The notes beneath the pieces were generated by a model. That model did not search any database and had not been told where the DNA came from. It saw only the letters and a list, made by a program, of their open reading frames with translations. A DNA stretch of 64,000 nucleotides from Chara braunii (taxonomy: Eukaryota > Plantae > Charophyceae), in NCBI GenBank assembly GCA_003427395.1, contig BFEA01000016.1, positions 325,194-389,193 of the forward strand, given 5' to 3'. Positions 22,430-33,599 of the stretch are shown piece after piece. A program made the translations under genes and the position numbers. Numbering within the stretch: the first letter of the stretch is position 1; each line of letters begins with the position of its first letter.

Positions 22430-22605
22430 GCCCTCCGTTTCAGGCTGAAAAGACTCAGGGCCTGTAGGCACTTGTTTTCAGGCTTTCAGGCTGAAACGAC
22501 ACTGGGCCTGTAGGCCTTCGTTTTCAGGCTTTTAGGCTGAAACGAAAACAGGGCCTGTAAGCCCTCGTTTTCAGGCTTTTAGGCTGAAACGAAAACAGGC
22601 CCTAC
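22430..22605. repeat. ~47-bp tandem repeat
   Basis: TTTCAGGCTTTTAGGCTGAAACGAAAACAGGGCCTGTA-like units, about 4 copies. Confidence 0.8.
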
Positions 22606-22699
22606 ACCTACGGACCCTCAGTCTACCTGGTTGGCCCGTGCTGGGCCCGTGTTGGTACTGAGTATGCCACAGTGGTTGAGAGTAATCTGCAAAGCATAG

Positions 22700-24960
22700 A
22701 GAAAACGCTGAGACGGAATATGTTTGGCCCACATGTGGGAGTGCTGTCAGTAGAAAAGGAAGTCACGAGTCTATTCAATTCTCTTAAGCTAGATAAGGAT
22801 GATGCTGAGACAGATGATTGGAGGACAGCTTCGCGGCCGTATTATCTTTAGGCTAGGCCTCTAGGGTAGTTTGTTTCCCAAGATGGTATAGTTCCACCTT
22901 GTGGTCGGTGTTGGCCCATATCAGGTCGCGGCATAGTTGTCGCGTCTGCGGCTACAGTGTAGGCACAGGTGTTATCTCTTTGCGAAGTCTTTCATGGTAC
23001 AGCCAGCAGTGTTCACAGGAGACTTGAAGGATGAGAACCTGAACACGTGACTCTGGTCTGTTGTGCTTGTGTATGTACCTAAGGACACCCATGATGATAA
23101 GGTATAGTTGCTGCATGCATTCTACAGGGCTCTGCAGCAAGGTGGTTTGATGGCGTGATAGCAGAGGTAGACTGCAAACATGACAGGGGCACATGAGTAG
23201 CCACAATCATGTTGGATCAGGTCATAACTCTAGCCGTGGCTAGGAGGCACAATAGGCAGCCAGCCAGCCTAAAGGGGACCTGATCAGCTCAAGAATCTTG
23301 ATAATCCGAAGTATGGGGATGTCAAGAGTGTCATGGAAAAGGTAAAGAGTGGAGTGGTACTCACCAGATCGTATCAAGGCTCTGATTGTCAATGGGCCTA
23401 GGAGTAGCGGTCGGTACATAGGAGTATCAGTCCAGCAGGCTTTGACCATCACGAAGCCTGCTGGACTGATACTCCCATGTCCTCACCAGAAACTGTCTTG
23501 GAACTATTTCTTGGTAATTTGGCTCACTCGCGCAGAAAGGTGTAGAGGACAAAAGAGCATGATGGATGCAGACGATAGCGGTGGAAATGGGCAGTCAGAC
23601 TTGACACGTGGCCATGATGAGGTTGTTTTTCTTCTCCTTACCTGAATGAAGCCCTTCTGTTTCTAATGTAACAGTGTCATTCCATCCTTGTATGAACCCT
23701 TCAGGGCAGCAGAAAGTACAACGGACAATCGCTGAAAGGCGCAGGTGGGTATCAGGATGCTTGTCGAATGGTAAGGTGCGGGTGGGCATCAGGATGCCGA
23801 ACGGTATGGCAGAAACGTGGCAGGATGATGGCAGAAATTTGCGGGCTGTGTAGATGCAGGCATGTACCGTTGTACACACACAGACACACAGAATCATAGA
23901 GAGCGAGAGAGAGAAATGTTATGATTCTGTTGTCAGTTGTCTGAAGACCAACTCTCACTCGCATAAATTTGCGGGCTGTGTTGCCCATACATACACAGAA
24001 GGAAGGGGAGAGGACAGGATTATCACACCACACAGGGGAAGATAAACACAGCGGAAGACTTGACTATGCAATATGACAGGGTACACTAAAAGTGCAATTC
24101 ACTCCACACAATCCTCACAACCAATCATAAAGAAAAGTCGAGTAGATCACATCCAGAAAATAATGAAGCAATGATAGTCCAAACTCAGTATCAACACTGT
24201 TTATTAAGTCTCGAACCCGAGAACTATGGTGCGCTGCACAGAAATGAGCAGCGCTTCACTCCCCACACCCTGAGTAACTGCTATATCACCCCTGAGCCCC
24301 TGAAACAATCGGCGCCACCCAGATACTACTCCCAAAGGGAAGCGCCACCCTGAAACAAGCCTCTGAGGCCAAGTGCTTCACAGAGGATAAAGAAGAAGAC
24401 CAGTGCCACAGTGTCTGATGATGATGAAGTGTCGGATGACTTCCCGGGTGGAAGTCTACAGCAACACCACCTCTCCTGACAAGATGATCTGAGAGGAAGA
24501 AGCTACAGCTATGGCTGCTGCACCACACACCCTGTAACTCTACTCCTGAGGGTTCAGCAGGGCACCAACTTCTCCTGCCTCCAGCAGATCTCGAATAGCC
24601 CGAACCTCTGTACAGCCCCACGTGCTGTCAGAGTACAGCGCAGGTCCCAGCTATGGCCGGGCTCCTCAGGTCCAGCTATGTTCGTCTTCACAAACGCTGT
24701 AGCTGTCACCACTCCTAGCTTATGCGTTGCACAGCAGGGACGTACTTGGTACTGACTGCAAAAAGCCCTGAACCGCTGTCCTCATACTATCTATAGCCTA
24801 CACTATCCTAGACACGACCTAGACTGGACTGACTGGACCACCGGTACCGTTTCAGTTTTTGGCCTCTCGGTCTCTACCTACCCGGCTATTAGCATAGGCC
24901 TCTAGGGCCTGCTATTCACAGTTAGGGTAGCTGTAGGTAATTTCAGTTAGTACGGGCCTG
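22700..24960. mobile_element. Possible degraded LTR-retrotransposon-derived sequence
   Basis: Based only on composition and short internal duplications (e.g. GTGGG(T/C)ATCAGGATGC twice at ~23746 and 23782); no diagnostic domain recognised. Confidence 0.25.
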
Positions 24961-25478
24961 TGTGTTTCTGAATTTGGAGATACGTCCCTCAATAATTTTC
25001 CTACAGGTAGGTCTCTCGATTAGCCCTCAGCCAAACAAAATTACGAATCTATCCTGCCTATGGGACAGCCTCGAGAAGAGAGGCTACAGGCCTCTGGAAC
25101 CAGCAAGTCATTCCAGAAATGCAGAGACACACTTACACAGAGAAAAAGGCAGAGAGATGGAGAGATGGAGAGAGTTGTATGTCTGCGAGATTATGTGTAT
25201 TTTACACATAGCTCCAGTGTGTATGCAAATCGTACACAGAGATGGAGACTCCAGTTAGGCCTTGCTCCAGTTTGAGCCCTCTTCTGTTACTTCTGTCAAT
25301 TCTCTGTGTGTGCATGTGCGTGAAAAGGCAGAGAGATAGAGAGAGTCATGTGTCTGCAAGAATGTGTGTACTCTCTGCCAGTTCGCAAATCGAGCATTGA
25401 GCACCTTTCTGCTGCTTCTGCCAATTTTATGTGTGTGAGTGTGTGCATAAGTATCTCTTCAATTCTCTCTCTCTGTCG

Positions 25479-25546
<68 letters not shown>

Positions 25547-25848
25547 TTGTATGCGATACACAATTCCACAACAAGGCATGATAATGGCCAGACTGTTTCC
25601 ATCGCATTTCCACTGACTGATCAGGAGGTTGATCCCCAACAGTAACTGCCCCCCTTCTTCGGTATGAACAACACTGGCACACCAAGGTTAAACCACCAGT
25701 AACTCGTTTTTTTTTTTTAAGGTCGCCGGCATTAACATGCCACAGCTTGTTGGGGTTGGGCATGCAAAACCGAAAAAGAAAACGCCATGGTCATTTCCAA
25801 AAAAAAAAGACAAAAGAAAAACATACAATATTCGATATCTAACACACA

Positions 25849-25928
<80 letters not shown>

Positions 25929-26671
25929 TCTTGTTGTAAAATTGTAGAAGATTCGTTGTGTTTTTTCATGTCGTGAATGATACTGACAGCCGTTTCATGC
26001 CCTTCTCTGTGAGTCTAGAGCACTCATGGCACAGTGTACATTTCATCACGTTCGTATAAAAAGACCATGTTATTCGCTGTAGAATTCGTCTCATGCTTTC
26101 CCATTGTTGTGTGAGAACGTGATGGAAGGTGCTGTTTGGAGCAGATGAGCGTGTGTTGGCATATGGATGCCCGAGCAAGCTATAAAGGTGGAAAGATGGA
26201 GGGAGTGAAGGGTGGCGAAGTCTGATAGACACTTGACCAGGGACATTGACAGATACTCATCTAGCTGTGATTGATGGCGCCTTTCTGGACCACAGTCCCA
26301 TCTCCAAAGAATAGGAGAATGTCCAGGGTGACCGCATGCGCACACGGACTCGTGACCGCATATGCACACGGACTCGTGACCGCTGAAATTATCTTCATAA
26401 CATGATAAGGATGATAATGACGATAATGATGATGACCTCGTCGCTTGGCGAGGCCTATTCATTGCCATCGCTATGGATGTGCCCCATTTCTTGCCCTTTG
26501 GAACGCGAAGGATGAAAAGTGAGGGGGTTTCAAAAATGTATTATTCTTGGTATGGAAATAATGCGGAGGAGGGAAAACGAGCAGAGGAGACTGAGGATGA
26601 GACACTATAGCTCCGATTGAGGTATGTGGTGTGCTATGTCATGATGGAACACTATAGCTCCGATCGAAGTA

Positions 26672-27100
26672 GAGCGTCCTTTTCAGGGTGTCAACATGGA
26701 TACTACAGATATTGACGAGCCATAACTGTTGCAAATATTGGTTTTCATTGATCATCTTTCAAAATACATAGAGATTTAATTGTGCAAAAGCAGCAAAATG
26801 CATTAAGGCCTTGGAAACAGCTACCTACATCCACCGATTCCTCAATACCCATCAAAATGCAGAAGAAATCTTAACTGACAATGAGTTCGAGTCTAAGGCT
26901 GAAGTAGAGAAACGGTTGGCACGTAGAGGGGTCACTCTCCGACACACTGCTCCGCATGTCTCCATGTTCAATGGATTGGCAAGAAATGGAAATTGCACCC
27001 TACGACGGAACCTAGCGGCGAATAACACACGTTCCTGACCCGAAATAGTATACAGAATGATTGGATTTCATCGGGCCACCCTTCATGGATCGAACGGGCT
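26672..27100 (+). pseudogene. Retroviral-type integrase core fragment (Ty3/Ginger-like)
   Basis: ERPFQGVNMDT...ILVFIDHLSKY, then after a frameshift ILTDNEFES...RGVTLRHTAPHVSMFNGLA; contains stops and frameshifts. Confidence 0.7.
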
Positions 27101-28199
27101 CACCCCTTTTCAACTACGGACCAACTGTATTCCCTGCGTCATCAACTGAGATGTTTCGGAAATTGTTGAGCCCTAGGGAAAAGACATGCGTCTGTCCCTC
27201 AAGGCTAAGGCCAAAAGGTATGCCAAATTACTGGAAAAGACAGTCCCTAGAGTGACCCGTAAAACACCCACAGTAGGTAGGTCCACGGTTACGAGGATCG
27301 GAATGGGAATGGGGACCCTCAAATTTAGTACAAATTAAAAGACCTGTTGCAGCTACGTAAATTTGCACGTGATCAAAACTCACTCGTAAGTTTTTTGGGT
27401 GCTTTCGCATAGTGGAACTCGGCCCTAACAGGGTGAATACTGTGTGCATCGCTCTTGAGACGAGCGAAAATCATAACTCTCTTTCCATCGTCCACAATAT
27501 CTACTTCCTTTGTCCTCTTCCCTCTCTCGACTATCCTGCTCCTTCCGCATCTCCCTGTAGCATTGACAAAGATCCTACCTTCCTTCCTTCTGATACTTCC
27601 TACCATCGTCATGGGTTTCACACTTGAAATGACAATCTCTGCACGACTTGTTCAACCTCGACCAATCCTGAAGCTTTGACGAGCTTCTCATTCACGGCTC
27701 AACCTTGATCTATTGCGGATTGTGCAGCTGTTCAGCAAGCAAGTTAGGTGTGCAGCGGAGGGAGTGATGATCTCGACGGATTGTGGTTGTGCGGTGATCC
27801 TGGTGGAAGCATCAACATCGCTCGTTTTTCTCAGCCTGGGCAAAGTGACGCGACAGTGATGTCGTGTTCGGCATCTTTGGAGTATCGGCCTCACTAGGCG
27901 ACGCGATGTGATAGGGAATTTATACGAGTGGGGGCGTGAACTGGTGACGGATTGGTGGTAACGATTGGTCAGGCCAGGTGAACACGTGGTGGGCACGAAG
28001 TGAATCAACACTTCTCTCTGCGATCCTCTACCTCAGATTCTCTGTCCCTGCTACTCCTTGCTCTACGTCCTTTCCATCCTTCTCGACGCTTAATCTTTTC
28101 TCCACTTTATCTCTCCCCTCAAACCTTCCCACTCTTTGGCCATCCTGGGTTGATCCTCTACTTTCTCTTGAAGTCCGTTCGACAACCATACCTCCTTTC

Positions 28200-28900
28200 C
28201 GTCCTTGGCATAATCACGTTGGATTGGATTTGTGAGGATCGTTTTTTCCATGCTTTCCATGAAGGCGTATTGGGCGCGTTGTCGAGTGCCCGCCCCCCGC
28301 AATGAGAGGAGATTTTCCCGGCCGCGTCACACAGGACTCGGCAGGAGTTTAGTCGCAGAGCATTGCCGCTCCGACCGAGTGCACCAACCATACCTCTCGC
28401 GAACCCCTACGGCAGGATAGGATCACGCGAGGTACAACTTACCTCCATCCGTGGGAGTTGTCACCATCCCTTAGGTGGGTGTTTCCCCGTCGAGCTACCA
28501 GTCCACAGTACGAAAACTTTTACATGCAATCGTAGAGGTGGACCAGCTGAGGGCGTTTTCTCGTACGCTATAGCACAGGGGGTTACACGCGGTCTCACGC
28601 CTCTATCGGAACGGTACGCGAGCCAACGCACAGGGGGGCTGAAGTCCCAAGCGCGGCTCATCGTCTGTCGACTGCAACGCATCCTTCTTTCCACGCATTA
28701 CACAACGCTAAAACAAAACGTTTGATCACTCACACGAAACAAAATACTCTTAAGTTCCTTTAGTATCTAACCCATAACCTTTCGACACAAAATCGGTTGA
28801 CCATCGCGCGAGTAACTTAATATAAAATGGCGCGGATGGAAGACTTCCGCAATGATATCTAACTATGAAGTACTCATAATCGTGCAATCCTTGATGGTTT
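28200..28900 (-). pseudogene. Unidentified coding repeat family, copy A (most diverged)
   Basis: Aligns by eye to the reverse complement of 35790-36270 and to 61390-61880, e.g. CAACTTACCT...GTCACCA.CCCTTA and GAAA..TTTA.ATGCAAT. Confidence 0.6.
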
Positions 28901-29394
28901 CGACGGTCACGTTCGACATTGAAGTGTCGGCTAACACGCGGCTTGAGGGGTTAATCTCTTAAAGCTAGACAAACATCAAGGTGGTTGAAAACCACACCCT
29001 CTTTTGCACCCTGTAGAGAGTAGTTGGTACACATGTTCCGACTTGTACTGGTAGTCAACCCTTATAGTCATGGAGATAAGTTCCATCATCCAGGGCCCGG
29101 AGAGAAGTCAAGGGGGTTGACCTTGACAGCTGTCGCGGATTTCAACGTCCAACTATAAAAATAACAAGCAAAATCACTCAATAAATAAACATGTATCCCA
29201 ATATCCATATATCAAAGGAGGGTTCGATGAAGTGAAGAAAGCTTGATTATCAGTGAGATATTTTTAGGAGACTCAAAGAGTCCAAAAACTATATTGAGTT
29301 ATAAATGAGAAAACTATATTGAGTTATAAATGAAAGAGAGGTCATGCCTGAGGGCGGCCTAAGTGGTTATTTTTGAAAAAAAAAGATTTATTAA

Positions 29395-29822
29395 ATTTTT
29401 TATCCTCCGCCAGAATCGGCAACTCAATTATGTTTGTTCTCAGCTGCCGGTGGGGGCATCGTCTGCGCCACGGAAACCCGCCTGATTCTGGGACCCCTCA
29501 TGACTAACCTTTGGTAATGAGTCACAAATGGTTATGCGTGTGGCAGAGGGTAAGGTAAGAGTTTTTTATCCTCCTCCAGAATCGGCAACTCCGCTCTGAT
29601 GGTTCTGAGTTGCCGGTGGGGGTGTCGTTTGCGGCAGGGAACCCTGCCTGATTCTGGGACCCCTCATGACTGGTTTTTGGTTATGAGTCACAGATGGTTT
29701 TGTGTGCGGCAGAGGGTAAGGTAAAAGTTTTTTATCCTCCGCTAAAATCGGCAACTCCGCTCTGATGGTTCTCAGGTACCTCTTTTAGCGGCAACTCCGC
29801 TCTGATGGTTCTCAGGTACCTT
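29395..29822. repeat. ~167-bp hairpin-rich tandem repeat (about 2.5 copies)
   Basis: TTTTTATCCTCC...AATCGGCAACTC at ~29397, 29563 and 29730. Confidence 0.85.
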
Positions 29823-29899
29823 TTTTATGTTCCCTCGCGTTTATTTTTTCTCATTATTATTTTTCTTAATTTTATTTTTGTTACTAATGTCCTTGGTGG

Positions 29900-30325
29900 T
29901 TGGTTATGAAACCGACGTCGGGACCAACGGGACTGGCTCAATCACGACATTGTCAGACACGGGTGGCCGTCGCGGCAGTCGAGGACCTTGATCACGCGCC
30001 TCTTTTGAAGGGTCCGCTCGGGTTCCGGCGTGTCCTGGATTGTGGCAAAATTCCTCTATTTGCCCGTCTTGATACTTGGACCGGGGAGTGCAATGTGCAT
30101 GCGAGCCGGTGGGTAATTAGCCCACGAGGCGGAAAGAAACCTTGGTGGCGGGGGTGGCTGCAGGCGCACGGTCCGCTAATGACGGTTTGCTATGACAGGT
30201 TTGAGTGTGAGCATGCCCGCTCGGCCGCTAGGACACTTAAGACGATGAGCTATGCGTGAGCTGGGCGGGGACAGGGGGCGCCAGTGGGAGGCTGCCGCAG
30301 TGTTGGTTGTGCGGCAAGTTGTCCC
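29900..30325 (+). pseudogene. Degenerate 25S/28S rRNA fragment (D2-D3 region)
   Basis: CCCGTCTTGATACTTGGACC resembles LSU CCCGTCTTGAAACACGGACC. It is followed in the correct order by GGTTTGAGTGTGAGCATGCC, GATGAGCTATGCGTGAGC (cf. GGTGAACTATGCCTGAGC) and GTGGGAGGCT. The match is clearest from 30062; the left boundary is uncertain. Confidence 0.8.
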
Positions 30326-30332
30326 AGCAACG

Positions 30333-30412
30333 GATTCACATGTAGCCCTTCCCCACTTCGGCCTTCAAAAGTTCTCATTTGAATATTTGCTACTATCGCT
30401 AAGATCTGCACC
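30333..30412 (-). pseudogene. 25S/28S rRNA fragment (LR7 primer region), inverted
   Basis: The reverse complement GTGCAGATCTTAGCGATAGTAGCAAATATTCAAATGAGAACTTTTGAAGGCCGAAGTGGGGAAGGGCTACATGTGAA closely matches conserved eukaryotic LSU sequence. Confidence 0.9.
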
Positions 30413-30509
30413 AGGACCCCCGGGGTGGTGGAAGCCTGGGCAGCCATGGCCAGGGGATACACCGCCCATTAACCTCAGCCTGCTGTGAAAAGTGAGAGGG
30501 TTGGGTGTG

Positions 30510-31053
30510 AGCAGGCCTGTGGGACAGCAGCTGCGGACCCAGCTCAGTTCGTACATCCGCGAACTGCTGAAAATAGGCCTGTGGGAACTGCTGCCCAGGG
30601 GCCTAGCTCAGTGGTACCCCCATGAACTGTTGAACACTGCAGGCATGTGGGACCAGCACCTGCGGGTCTAGCTCAGGTAGCGTCGTGAACTGTTGAAAAA
30701 CAGGCATATGGAACAACACTTGCGGACCTAGCTCAATTGGCACACTGCGAACTGCTGAGAACAGGCTTGTGGGACCAGCTCCTGCGAACCTAGCTCATAT
30801 TGGTACACCCACGGACTGTGGAAAACAGGCCTGTGAAACCAGCAACTGCGGGCCTAGCTCAGTTCGTACACCCGCGACCTGCTGAAAATAGGCCTGTGGG
30901 AACAGCAACTGCGGGTCTGGCTCCATTTGGTACACCCATGAACTGTTGAAATGCAGGTTCGAGTTCGATCCCGCTGGGCTCAAGTTGTGCCTTGGCACCA
31001 ACAGGCCTCGCTCAGCTAGTACACCCTCGAACTGTTAAAATACAGACTCAACT
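30510..31053 (+). repeat. ~63-bp tandem array of tRNA-like heads (7 full units plus 1 partial)
   Basis: Units start at ~30513, 30575, 30641, 30702, 30763, 30827 and 30890. Each has a GGGCCTAGCTCAGTTGGTAC-like A-box, and a B-box-like GTTCGATCCC follows the seventh unit (~30963). Confidence 0.8.
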
Positions 31054-31571
31054 TTAAACCCAAGTACGGTAAAAAAAACAAAATAAGGTCATGAGGAAAT
31101 GCAAGGGCTGGTCAGTTTTTCTCTGCATGAGTCCTGTGGATGGTTCCTTGGGACGTAGCCTGATTTTTTGGATGTGAGCGTGGTTGTGCTAAGGTGCACG
31201 CGGAGAAGTGCCAGTGTGAGTGTGCTCGGAGTGCCATCGCTTGCACAACGGGTGAGAGAGGACCCGTTGTTGGGGCAAATACCCTGACAAGGGTATTTGC
31301 CAGGGATTTTAAAATGTTGGACGCTGTCTGACCTTTTTGTTGAATTGGAGGACTTGATGAGACTGGCGTTTGTCAAAAACCCATTCAGACCAAACCTACA
31401 AGTGAGAGAATGAATTTGTTTTTTGGTTAAGTCCCAACACCTGCGGCATACTATAGCGGCAGTGCGATCGGTCACCATCCGCGTCTGGCGAGGACACAGG
31501 GACATACGGGCATTGGAATACTAAGTCTAATTTCTATCCTGCTTAAAATGATGACGCGCGGATGCTAAGTC

Positions 31572-31960
31572 GTGCGATTCATAGCCTAAATGACTAATAG
31601 GGACCGCCACCCCAGGTGTGTGGTTGCCGTATAGCAGGGGGAAGCCGGTCCTGTGGCAGAAGGAGGTTAGTAGGGCTTGCTATGCCATAGGCAAGCAGGA
31701 TGGTTGGGTGTGGCTCTTCTTATAGGAGAGCCGCTCATACTACCCCCATAGTAGGAGATAGCCCAGTAGGTAACATGCCAGTTTGATGCGCCAAGGATTC
31801 GAGGATTGAAACCAGAATGCCCCACTAGGCTAGCTCCTTTTGGAGTGGCCTGTGGGCAAGAGCTCCCAGGCGCGGTCGATTTCGGTCTCGCGATCTTCGG
31901 ATCATGCGGTTGAAATCAGTCGTGCAACGGTTGGGTTGGCGCCTGCGCAAGGATGACACA
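31572..31960 (+). ncRNA. Group IIB intron 5' fragment (domain I), organellar/bacterial type, truncated
   Basis: Starts GTGCGATTCATAGCCTAAATGACTAA (GUGYG 5' consensus), followed by CGTATAGCAGGGGGAAGCC and CCCAGTAGGTAA...CAAGGATTCGAGGAT. It has dense hairpins including a C(UUCG)G loop at 31895-31900. No domain V was found. Confidence 0.6.
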
Positions 31961-32636
31961 CATAAATCGAGAAATGGTCCAAATTTGTTTCCAGTCAGAA
32001 GAATTCGAATTCGAGTCTGTATTTCAACAGTTCGCGAGGGGGGATCCGTGATGTGACCGTTGGCAAAGCCAACGAGATTATAAAAATAAATAAATAAATA
32101 AATAAATTAATTAAAATTAAATTTATCGTGAACGTGGAGCACCACTTGGCACCATCGGAAGTGATTGGGGCACTTTAGTCCCCAACACACTAGACAATGC
32201 CCGTGAAAACGGGCGACCGTTTTTGCAACAAGGTAAGTCTTTTCTTTTTGTTTTTCCTTTTTATATATATATATATTTTTTGGGGATTTCATTTTTAGAT
32301 TCGCCTTAGATTTCCTTTATTTAGATTTTTCTTAGATTCTTGTTTGTTTTTTTTTCTTGTTCGTGATTTCGACGAACGGGTTGGGACAGATATCCATGGA
32401 TGAGCAAATCGAGTGGATCGGCCGCAAAAGTGCGACTACATTCGGGTGCGGGTTTTCGGGACCTTGTACTTGAGTTACGAGGGACTCTCTGCACACGATT
32501 CAGTGGTTTCCAGTTGAGGGAGCAGGCGAGTTTTTTTCTCGTGGTCGAACAAACATTTTTGCTACTGCGTTCGGGTTTGTTTTTTCCGAACGGCTATCAC
32601 GGCAGCTCGCTCGTCGCTGCAACTGTAGAGAGAGAG

Positions 32637-32671
<35 letters not shown>

Positions 32672-32706
32672 NNNNNNNNNNNNNNNNNNNNNNNNNNNNN
32701 NNNNNN

Positions 32707-32793
<87 letters not shown>

Positions 32794-33599
32794 CTGCAAC
32801 AGCGCCCGAACCCGGCACTGTTGGCGGCCGAGTGCGGGCGCGTGCTGCAGCAGGGGCTGAAGGCCCTATTGAGCTTGACTTCAGTTCGGCTCTGTGAAGT
32901 GACCGAGGGGCTGGCCGTTCAAGTTGCCCCTATGCAAGGAAAAACAAAGGGGAGGGGTAAGAAGAAAGGAAAGAAAGAAAGAAAAGAAAGGGGAAAAAGA
33001 AAAGTAACGGTCATGTACATGGCCACGATTATGGGGTAGGTGCAGGCCAATGCAGGGGGAAAAAGGTTCTAGGGAGATGAGACTGCGCATGTTCATTTTT
33101 TGAACAGGCTGCAGTCTGGCTGGGTACAGCCATTTCCTGGCGCATGTGGCCTGTGGGGAAGGCCAGGTGCTTCCGAGAATGGATGACCTTGGTTCCCCTA
33201 GGGGAAAACCAAGGCATCGAGCTTCTGGCCGTTGATCTAGATCGAGGGCCAGGAGCACTAACGAATTTTGCCTGGCTGTGGGCAAAGCAGCTGCCCACAT
33301 GCCTTCGGTTGGCTATAAAAGCCAGCTCCCCACCCAGCAGCCTCGCACTGTGGCAATGCTGCTGGGGCATTCTACTTAAGTAGATACTGGCTGGCTGGCT
33401 GCTGGTGTAGCGAGGGAGTGTTGGCGAAGTGTTGGAGGATTGCAGGATAGCGGAGTGAGGAGCGAGGCAGCCATAGCCAATGGTGAGGGCATTCTGCCTC
33501 AGTGTTAGGCTGGTATTGCGCCTGTGGGATTACCGCTGGGACCACTTCGTGGAACCAAGACTCTATCCTAAGCTGGTTGCGGTGGTGCAGCAGGCTGAA

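Noticed and set aside
29900-30259. 119-aa ORF
   Set aside because: It overlaps the rRNA-derived sequence, so it is a chance ORF.
30510-31053. CRISPR array
   Set aside because: The whole unit is repeated with no unique spacers, there are no cas genes, and the context is eukaryotic.
31165-31571. Organellar SSU rRNA pseudogene
   Set aside because: Only a few short words match and the spacing is irregular; kept only as a tentative note under the group II intron finding.
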